A DNA stretch of 64,000 nucleotides from positions 9,665 to 73,664 of the forward strand of contig JBAYLH010000002.1 of the NCBI GenBank assembly GCA_041664165.1, given 5' to 3'. The notes under the pieces are model-generated. The model saw only the letters and a list, made by a program, of their open reading frames with translations, did no database searches and had not been told where the DNA came from. Shown here piece after piece: positions 57,318 to 64,000 of the stretch. The DNA is from Candidatus Buchananbacteria bacterium (GTDB lineage Bacteria; Patescibacteriota; Patescibacteriia; Buchananbacterales; UBA6539). Position 1 is the first letter of the stretch; the number at the start of each line of letters is the position of its first letter. The translations under genes were made by a program, and so were the position numbers.

Positions 57318-59243
57318 TTACCAGCCACCTCCGCCGCCGCCTCCCCCGCCCCCGCCGGAACCGCCACCGCCAAAGCCGGAACTTGAACCGGGAGCATTGG
57401 CGGAAGAACTGACGGCACTAGCAAAAGCGCCGCCCAAAGACCCGGCAAAAGTACCAATATTAGCCGGGTTAAAGCCGGTGCCGCTATACCAGACCGGTAC
57501 ATAAGCCTGACCTTTTTCAGCGAGTTTGGCAAAAATTTCGTTAAACTGCTCGGCCCATTGGTTTTCCACGTCTAAGGCCAAAGCATAAGGTAGATATTTT
57601 TCGAAAAGCTCGGGAGTTTTCTGTGGCGGATTATGAAAATTCAGCCGGTCTTTTTCCGTTACCGTTAAAAACCATTTGAAGCCGGCAATCTGGCCCAGGA
57701 GTTTTTGGCCAGCCACTGTCGGCGCTTTGATTAAACGATAGAAGATATAATTTATCGCAATTAATAAAAGAATAATAATGACGCTGGCTCGGGGGGCAAT
57801 TTCTAAAAGCATCATAATGGCGATTATTTCAAAAAAGAAAAATAAGCCAAAGGCAAAAGTTGAACCGATTGCCCGAAAGACTGCTATGATGCCGTTTGAG
57901 GCTTGCTTCCAATTTTGAATAGCTTGAACTAACAGAGATAATATGCCTAAAGTCCAGCCGGTCAACCAGACTACTAAAAAGATAACCGGCGTTTCGGTGT
58001 TTGAAAGCGAGCTGGTCGCCAATATAATAATACCGATTGTTAGCAGCAGGCCAATTAAGAAAAAACGGATGTTAGTGACAAAATATACTTTTTGATATTT
58101 GTCTTTAAGCAGCTTGTTTAGCAATTTGGTCGCGTCGCCAATTTTTTTATAATTGGTGTTTTTCAGTTCGATTTCGTGGAGGGTCGGAAAAAGGCTTTTA
58201 ATTATCATGGCTGCTTCGTCATCAGGTTTGGTTTTATCGGCTTGATTATAAATGAGAGTGTAGTTGCCGTTTTTTTTAATTTGTATAACGCCTTTAACTG
58301 CCAAATTAATAATATTAGCGGTTAGGCCTTTTTTGTCATAGCCCATTTTTTTTATATAGCGCAAAGCCGCTGGCGAAAAACCGGCCGGCGGTTCGTATTC
58401 GGGAATGATCGTGCCGGCTTTGGGGTCTTTGCCGACGGCGATCCAGGCAATCAGGTAATATAAAAAAACGACAATTAGGCCGATTAAGCCGATAATGGTA
58501 ATGGCATTATCCTGCCAAAAATATTGCCGCTTTTGTTCGGCGGTTGGCGGCGCGATGAAACCTTTCGGCCAGCCGACGACAATAGTTAAACCTTCGTTAG
58601 CCTTAAGGGACTGAGTGGTAGTAAAAGTGACTAGGTTATTATTAATTTGGGCGGTGAAGTTTTTATCCTTGGCGCCCTGAAGGCCGGTATAGCCGTCAGT
58701 TTTGATTTGGTCGGCTGTGATGGCATCAGGCAAAATTACGGTGGCTGAAGCTTTTAGAATTGGAAAGACCCAGCCGTTACCCGTGACATTCCAGTATAAT
58801 TCGTCATGATCATTGAAAAATCCTAGTTCGCGGTTGACCCGGTAAGTTAACTGGTAAGTGTAAGTTCCCGGCGGTAATTCGTAATCGCTTTTTCCGAGGT
58901 AGATGCGGATGCCGTTTTTGAGGCTGCCGTAATGATAGCTTTCCGGTTGGCCATCGCGCGTGACGGAAATTAGGTCAAAACCAATTTTGGTTTTAGCCAG
59001 GCCGTTATCGTAAATTGTTGGAAAATCGCGGTAAATACCGCGCTTAATTTCGATGCCAAGACTGTCAACGACAATGGTTTCAGTAACTAGTAAAGTCGAA
59101 TCTGGATTAACTTTAATCTGACTGTCAAGGCTATCGATTTTTTCTTGAGTTGCCGTCGCGGCCAAAGCGGGCGTTAGCAAAAATAAAAAAGCTAAAATAC
59201 AAAAAAAAGATATCTTAGCCAAGCGGCTGGGTTTAATTTTCAT
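57318..59243 (-). CDS. DUF2207-family membrane protein with poly-Gly C-terminus
   Basis: Signal peptide, large extracytoplasmic domain, TM cluster, C-terminal [21 protein letters not shown]. Confidence 0.7.
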   Translation of the reverse strand: MKIKPSRLAKISFFCILAFLFLLTPALAATATQEKIDSLDSQIKVNPDSTLLVTETIVVDSLGIEIKRGIYRDFPTIYDNGLAKTKIGFDLISVTRDGQPESYHYGSLKNGIRIYLGKSDYELPPGTYTYQLTYRVNRELGFFNDHDELYWNVTGNGWVFPILKASATVILPDAITADQIKTDGYTGLQGAKDKNFTAQINNNLVTFTTTQSLKANEGLTIVVGWPKGFIAPPTAEQKRQYFWQDNAITIIGLIGLIVVFLYYLIAWIAVGKDPKAGTIIPEYEPPAGFSPAALRYIKKMGYDKKGLTANIINLAVKGVIQIKKNGNYTLIYNQADKTKPDDEAAMIIKSLFPTLHEIELKNTNYKKIGDATKLLNKLLKDKYQKVYFVTNIRFFLIGLLLTIGIIILATSSLSNTETPVIFLVVWLTGWTLGILSLLVQAIQNWKQASNGIIAVFRAIGSTFAFGLFFFFEIIAIMMLLEIAPRASVIIILLLIAINYIFYRLIKAPTVAGQKLLGQIAGFKWFLTVTEKDRLNFHNPPQKTPELFEKYLPYALALDVENQWAEQFNEIFAKLAEKGQAYVPVWYSGTGFNPANIGTFAGSLGGAFASAVSSSANAPGSSSGFGGGGSGGGGGGGGGGGW

Positions 59244-59293
59244 ATCATTAGAAATCTACCCGTTACCCTGCTCTTTTTAGAGCGGGATTAGAT

Positions 59294-59599
59294 TTATTTT
59301 TTCTTTAAACCGAAGAAACCGAAAAAACCATAAAAGCCGTAAAAGCCGGGAGTAATTAGCCCCAGCAGTCCGAAAAGGCCGAGCCAGCCGAGCTGCCAAA
59401 TATCTCTAGGCTGGCCTTTGAAAAAATAAGTAAAGACATTGTAAATGACGGCTAAAATAAAGCTTAAAAACATCAGAATTGTCAGGGTGAAAAAAACCGG
59501 TTCTTCCACGTCAAAAATAACGGAAAAAATATTGTGCAGTATGGCTGAAAAAATAGCCAAACCCATGAGCCAAAATGGCAATCGCATTTGGTATTGCAT
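59294..59599 (-). CDS. small membrane protein
   Basis: 101 aa, 3 TM, upstream of DUF2207 gene. Confidence 0.45.
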   Translation of the reverse strand: MQYQMRLPFWLMGLAIFSAILHNIFSVIFDVEEPVFFTLTILMFLSFILAVIYNVFTYFFKGQPRDIWQLGWLGLFGLLGLITPGFYGFYGFFGFFGLKKK

Positions 59600-59635
59600 A
59601 AAAAAACCTCCGGCTAAATTTTTAAATATAATAAA

Positions 59636-59953
59636 TTATTTTTTTTCCCAAAATTTTTCGCCGGCTTCTTCCATTGCCTCGAGCCGGGTATAATAGTCCG
59701 GTAATTCGTTGAGATGAGCTAAGGCAATTTTGCCCGTGGCCAGCGGATCGTCATCGGTAACGTTGGTATCGGGGTTAACCGTGCCATGTTCAAGCTCGAC
59801 ATCCAATCCCATTCGGAATTGTTCAACGTCGAATTTAGACCAGTTGATGCCGATTTTTTCGCCGACTGCCTTGGCTTGTTCCGGAGTAAAATGTTTTTCG
59901 GTTGACATAGGTTTTATTAGTTTAATTATCTCATTTTTAGTTCTTAGTGTCAA
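59636..59953 (-). CDS. hypothetical protein with ELEHG motif
   Basis: 105 aa; LDVELEHG motif; no secure assignment. Confidence 0.4.
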   Translation of the reverse strand: MTLRTKNEIIKLIKPMSTEKHFTPEQAKAVGEKIGINWSKFDVEQFRMGLDVELEHGTVNPDTNVTDDDPLATGKIALAHLNELPDYYTRLEAMEEAGEKFWEKK

Positions 59954-60018
59954 AAAAAAGACTCCTTGGTTCGGCTATTGCCAAATCAAGGAGTGTGATT
60001 TTTTTGGTTTTCGACTCT

Positions 60019-60744
60019 TTATTCCTGGATGGTGATGCCAACTGTTTGAGTGACAACCAAATTTTCTGAGTCGGAAAGAACGAGAGTAATCGCGGTCTGG
60101 CCGACATTGCCGGCAGCTTTGATTGTCATGACATCGCCGTCAAAGCTGATGTCAGCGATCAGGGAACTGTCAATATTTTCGGCCGACCAAATGAGCCGGT
60201 CGCCGCTGTCAAAGTCGTCGGTTTTGTTGCCGGATAAATCAACCGAAGTTCCGGCCAAATCCATGATAAGATCAGTCACCGTCGACTTCGTTTCTGGCGG
60301 CCAGTTAATATATCCCGGTCCCCTGGTAACTTGATAGAAGGCCACGGCTTCCGGAATTTGGGGCAGATTGGCCGCGTTATTGCAGATCGGCGCCTTAACG
60401 CCGTTGGGCAACAGAAAGGCGGCAAACGCGGTGGCGTTTTGATCGGTGCCGCCGGTTACGATGTTGCAGATCCAATTGCCACCCGGGCCAATGAAGGTTA
60501 ACGGTTTGTCCCAAGTTGGCTTATTGAACCAGCCAGCTCCGGGACCAATGCGCAGATAAACTGCGACTTTGTATCCAAACGGGTTAACCCCGCTTACCGA
60601 GCCAGTCAGGTTGGTATCCAGCAGCGCACCGTACGGCGGCACGTGACTGAACCAAATCTTTGGCGGGCCTTCAGTGGCTGGCGGACAGCCGAAAAGGCCA
60701 ATAACGATTAGCAGAAACAGCAATGATTTCCAAGTGTTTCTCAT
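60019..60744 (-). CDS. lipoprotein, hypothetical, GC-rich composition
   Basis: Lipobox LFGC; 241 aa. Confidence 0.5.
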   Translation of the reverse strand: MRNTWKSLLFLLIVIGLFGCPPATEGPPKIWFSHVPPYGALLDTNLTGSVSGVNPFGYKVAVYLRIGPGAGWFNKPTWDKPLTFIGPGGNWICNIVTGGTDQNATAFAAFLLPNGVKAPICNNAANLPQIPEAVAFYQVTRGPGYINWPPETKSTVTDLIMDLAGTSVDLSGNKTDDFDSGDRLIWSAENIDSSLIADISFDGDVMTIKAAGNVGQTAITLVLSDSENLVVTQTVGITIQE

Positions 60745-60784
60745 GACCGATACTCCTTTGTTGCGTTGTTGTGTTTTTTAGTTT

Positions 60785-61426
60785 TCAAAGGGAACTTCCC
60801 TTTTTTGAATCGTCGGGACCAACTAACCACTGTTGGGGTTCATTTGTCCTTTTTGGATCCCAGCTGGTCCAATACCAGCCCTGGCCAGGTTCATTCAAAG
60901 GATCGGTTGCCACTACTTTCCATCCGCTGGCTAGGCGATTGGTTAAGGTTCCCCAACCGGGGATGTTACTAGTAGCATCTTCGGCTTCGACGCAAAAAGC
61001 GCCAGTGCCGCAAGCGGCTTTCATTGCGTGTATTAGTCTGCAGCCCTTGGTAATCGCTGCCAAAAATCCGGCAATCGTCGTATCGCCTGCCCCGGTTGTG
61101 CCTTTGACTTCAGCTTGCAGGCACGGCATGATGATTTCCCGGTTGGCCCAGTCATCACGTAAGTTTGGAGCAATGAAACTTAGTTGCTCTTTTGGACCGG
61201 TGCGGACATACAAACCGTCCGTGCCGCATTTGATGGCGACAATTCCTGGCCCCATTGCCAGCAGACTTTTGGCTATCAGACTAAGGAGTTCACCCATTGT
61301 TGGTGGTCCGACTTGCAGTAATTTGCCGGGCTGAATTAGATCGCCTGATCTAATTTCCTGGATAATATCGAGGCAAAGGTGCCCCGCCACCACAACTTCA
61401 GTTCTATCTGCGATTTCTTCGTCCAT
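60785..61426 (-). pseudogene. PfkB-family sugar kinase remnant (N- and C-terminal motifs only ~100 aa apart)
   Basis: VVVAGHLCLDII and TTGAGDTTIAGF motifs present but lid/central region missing; GC-rich. Confidence 0.4.
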
Positions 61427-61549
61427 TGTGCTTCTTCCTTTATGCGTTGAATTCCACGGGTTGCTCTCTTTTTCTTACTCTAAATCATGTTTTTTCTCAA
61501 TTAAAATAAGCCCGCTTTTCGAGCTGGCTTGAGGTAAAATGGCTTATGA

Positions 61550-62503
61550 TTATTCAATTTTGCAGGCGTTTTTTAGGGCCGCTAAATCAGTATCAGTCAG
61601 TTTTTCATTGGTTCCCTGGTTCAGTCGGTACATAATGTCGCTTGGATTATCGGTATGCTCCAAACCCAAAGCATGGCCTAATTCATGAGCCAATAATCTG
61701 ATTAAGCGCTGCTGGTTGTCAAATTCATAAATATTAATCGCTTGGCCGCTTTCATCTTGTTGATAAACTCCTTCGTTGAATTCTCCGCCAAGTGTGGAAT
61801 TGACGCCGTTATATTTATCGGCCGTCAAATTCAATTCGGTGATTAGCTTATTCAAAATCGTCGCTTCGGCATTGAGATTATCTACCAAGTCATTAACTTT
61901 TGCCGCCTGGCTGTTGATTTTTGCCGCCAGGTCGTTTAAGGATTTTTTTTCTTGGTTTAGCTGTTCGTAAACTGCCGCCGGGGCGCCGCCGCGGTCATTC
62001 CAAGATTTCACCCGGGCGTTATAGGCCGCTTGCTTTTGTTCATACGAGCTAATCAAGGTTTCAAGAGCGGCTTTTTGGTTATTATATTGGCTGACCGAAG
62101 CGTCGTATTTTAATTTCAAAGAGTCATAAGAATTTTTATCGTCTTTGACTTCAATACCCAATTTTTTCAGCTTGTCGGTCGCCTCTTGGCGGTAATCGTA
62201 AATCAAATTGATTTTTATTTCTCCGGTGGTCGAATAATTAAAAAGCGGCCGGTTAATCGGTTCTGACCAAATATCAGCCGCTTGCTTGGCGGCCGCAAGC
62301 AGATCTTTTTCGGTCAGATTGAATCTTTGGTCAATCGCGCCGAGGCGGTAGCTAATCGGTTTTTGGCAGGGAGGAGTAAAATAATCCGCTATTAATTTCC
62401 AGTCTTGAAGCAGCGGGGTTTGGAAATAATAAATCAGGCTCAAAAAAATAGTAATCGCCAGTAGATTCGGCAAGATTTTTTTTCGCAGTTTTTGGTCAGC
62501 CAT
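61550..62503 (-). CDS. membrane-anchored matrixin-like zinc metalloprotease (M10) with coiled coil
   Basis: HELGHALGLEH zinc motif plus Met-turn DIMY. Confidence 0.7.
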   Translation of the reverse strand: MADQKLRKKILPNLLAITIFLSLIYYFQTPLLQDWKLIADYFTPPCQKPISYRLGAIDQRFNLTEKDLLAAAKQAADIWSEPINRPLFNYSTTGEIKINLIYDYRQEATDKLKKLGIEVKDDKNSYDSLKLKYDASVSQYNNQKAALETLISSYEQKQAAYNARVKSWNDRGGAPAAVYEQLNQEKKSLNDLAAKINSQAAKVNDLVDNLNAEATILNKLITELNLTADKYNGVNSTLGGEFNEGVYQQDESGQAINIYEFDNQQRLIRLLAHELGHALGLEHTDNPSDIMYRLNQGTNEKLTDTDLAALKNACKIE

Positions 62504-62588
62504 ATAATAATTTTCAGCCTTTTCGGGGTAAAAGTCAACAAAAAAAGAGCCCGGATTTTGAAATCCGGACTCTTGTATCTGAAGGGAA

Positions 62589-63041
62589 TTAACGTTTTGA
62601 GAATTGCGGGGCGCGGCGGGCGCGGCGGAGACCCGGTTTTTTTCTTTCTTTGCGTCTTGGGTCGCGCTTGAGATAGCCCAGCGGTTTGAGGGTTTTTCTT
62701 AAATCTTTTTCAAAAACTAACAAAGCCCGGGAAATGCCGTGTCGCGCGGCAATGGCTTGGCCTTTAAGGCCGCCGCCGGCGACTTTGATGGAAAAATCAA
62801 ATTCTTTCAGTTTGCCGATGGCCTGCAATGGCTGTATAATCAGCTGCTGCATTTCAAAAGTCGGGAAATATTTATCGTATTCTCTTTCATTAACCGTGAT
62901 TTTGCCGTCACCTTTTTTGAACAAGCGGACGCGGGCAATCGCCTTTTTCCGCCGGCCGACGGCATAAAGATAAGTATGTCTGACTCTTTTTTTCTTGGCA
63001 TCCGATTCTTTTGGTTCTTCGGTTTTCTTGATTTTAGGCAT
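62589..63041 (-). CDS. rpsI: 30S ribosomal protein S9
   Basis: GRRKKAIARV ... C-terminal RRARRAPQFSKR. Confidence 0.9.
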   Translation of the reverse strand: MPKIKKTEEPKESDAKKKRVRHTYLYAVGRRKKAIARVRLFKKGDGKITVNEREYDKYFPTFEMQQLIIQPLQAIGKLKEFDFSIKVAGGGLKGQAIAARHGISRALLVFEKDLRKTLKPLGYLKRDPRRKERKKPGLRRARRAPQFSKR

Positions 63042-63048
63042 AATAAAA

Positions 63049-63462
63049 TTAATTAGAAATCTTTAGTCTTTTAATCATTCTGTCTCGTAACTTATTTTTT
63101 GGCAGCATATTCCAAATAGCGCGCTTTAAAACATCGGCCGGATTTTTAACCATCACATCATTCATCTTTCTTTTTTTCATGCCGCCGGGATAGCCGGAGT
63201 AATGGTAATAGATTTTTTGATCCAGTTTTTTGCCGGTAATTTTAAGTTTGGCGGCATTAGTAACTAAAACGACGTCGCCGCAGTCGGTATGATATTGAAA
63301 AGTCGGCTTGTTTTTGCCGCGGAGCAGCATCGCAATTCGGCTGGCCAGCCGGCCTAAAACTTCGTCCGAAGCATCAATTTTATGAGTCTGCTGGGGATTA
63401 ACCGGTTTTTTAGTTATCTTTTTTTTCTTTTCCATAGTAAGTATCGTTTTAAACGAATTCAA
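63049..63462 (-). CDS. rplM: 50S ribosomal protein L13
   Basis: IDASDEVLGRLAS...GKNKPTF...YYHYSGYPGG. Confidence 0.9.
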   Translation of the reverse strand: MNSFKTILTMEKKKKITKKPVNPQQTHKIDASDEVLGRLASRIAMLLRGKNKPTFQYHTDCGDVVLVTNAAKLKITGKKLDQKIYYHYSGYPGGMKKRKMNDVMVKNPADVLKRAIWNMLPKNKLRDRMIKRLKISN

Positions 63463-63799
63463 TTTGCACGATGTCAGCGCCGTCCCCTAGCCTTTTACCT
63501 AAATTGATAATGCGGAGATAGCCGCCTTTGCGGTCTTGGTAGCGCGGGCCTAAAACTTCCAAAGCTTTTTTAACGGCATTTTTATGGTATAAAACTTTGG
63601 TTAATTTTCGGCGGTTAGTTAAATTATTAACCTTGGCAATAGTGATTAATTTTTCAACCATCGGTTTGACGGTTTTAGCCTTGGCTTTGGTCGTTTTAAT
63701 TTTTTCGTAAATAATAATACTAGTGGCTAAACCTCTGAGTAAAGCCGTTCTGGGCGCTTTTTTGCGGTCTAAAATTTTTCCTTTTTTACGGTGTCTCAT
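63449..63799 (-). CDS. rplQ: 50S ribosomal protein L17
   Basis: MRHRKKG...GGYLRIINLGKRLGDGADIVQIEFV. Confidence 0.9.
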   Translation of the reverse strand: MRHRKKGKILDRKKAPRTALLRGLATSIIIYEKIKTTKAKAKTVKPMVEKLITIAKVNNLTNRRKLTKVLYHKNAVKKALEVLGPRYQDRKGGYLRIINLGKRLGDGADIVQIEFV

Positions 63800-63801
63800 A
63801 A

Positions 63802-64000
63802 TTATTTTTCAGTTTTTTCCGCCTTTTTCCGGCCGCGTTTTGGCTTAACTTCTTTGGCGGTTTCTTCGGTTGCTTCTTCAGCGGCTTCGGCCGTTTCGGC
63901 TTTTTTAGCTTTTTTGGATTTTTTCTCCGAGACTTCGGGTAAAACATTGCCGGCAATAAACTGGAAATGATCGATTAAAATCGTATCGGCGGCGGCCAAA
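63802..64000 (-). CDS. C-terminal fragment of a gene continuing beyond window (position suggests rpoA)
   Basis: ORF open to window edge; Lys/Glu-rich tail; sits immediately upstream of rplQ (rpoA-rplQ synteny is common). Confidence 0.3.
   Translation of the reverse strand, partial: LAAADTILIDHFQFIAGNVLPEVSEKKSKKAKKAETAEAAEEATEETAKEVKPKRGRKKAEKTEK

Overview
Annotation of a 64-kb window that reads as a coding-dense bacterial chromosome segment of intermediate G+C. It carries many housekeeping genes: frr, rseP, proS, mreBCD, mrdA, greA, lysS, serS, alr, ddl, ftsQ-like, gltX, def, fmt, rlmN, and rpsI-rplM-rplQ at the 3' end. Small proteins, numerous secreted/lipoproteins and a DUF2207 protein suggest an uncultivated small-genome (CPR/Patescibacteria-like) bacterium; this is a low-confidence guess. 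A surface-polysaccharide cluster lies at about 32.3-40.9 kb (O-antigen-ligase-like, GT2, GT1, Wzx flippase, NUDIX pair). Accessory content is interleaved with the core genes. The lead new-system candidate is a compact GC-rich island at about 8.44-9.47 kb, between mrdA and greA: promoter, roughly 170-nt structured RNA closed by a 16-bp long-range helix, SD, 210-aa orphan protein, terminator. A second GC-rich island at about 41.0-44.0 kb is a candidate second system. It carries a lipoprotein beta-propeller gene co-transcribed with a 51-aa Trp-rich peptide, divergent from an orphan 221-aa protein that has an operator-like palindrome, and it is bounded by two 23-nt direct repeats. Other accessory loci are an sdpR/sdpI-like pair with paralogous membrane peptides, a small membrane-peptide operon under a divergent promoter with repeated operator-like boxes, an AT-rich Type II R-M locus, and a GIY-YIG gene bracketed by two copies of a MITE-like element. 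There are also genome-wide stop-codon-saturated TTAGG/CCTAA and NNTAAGTT microrepeats in intergenic spacers, and three further GC-rich islands encoding secreted proteins. No tRNA, rRNA or CRISPR array was recognised.
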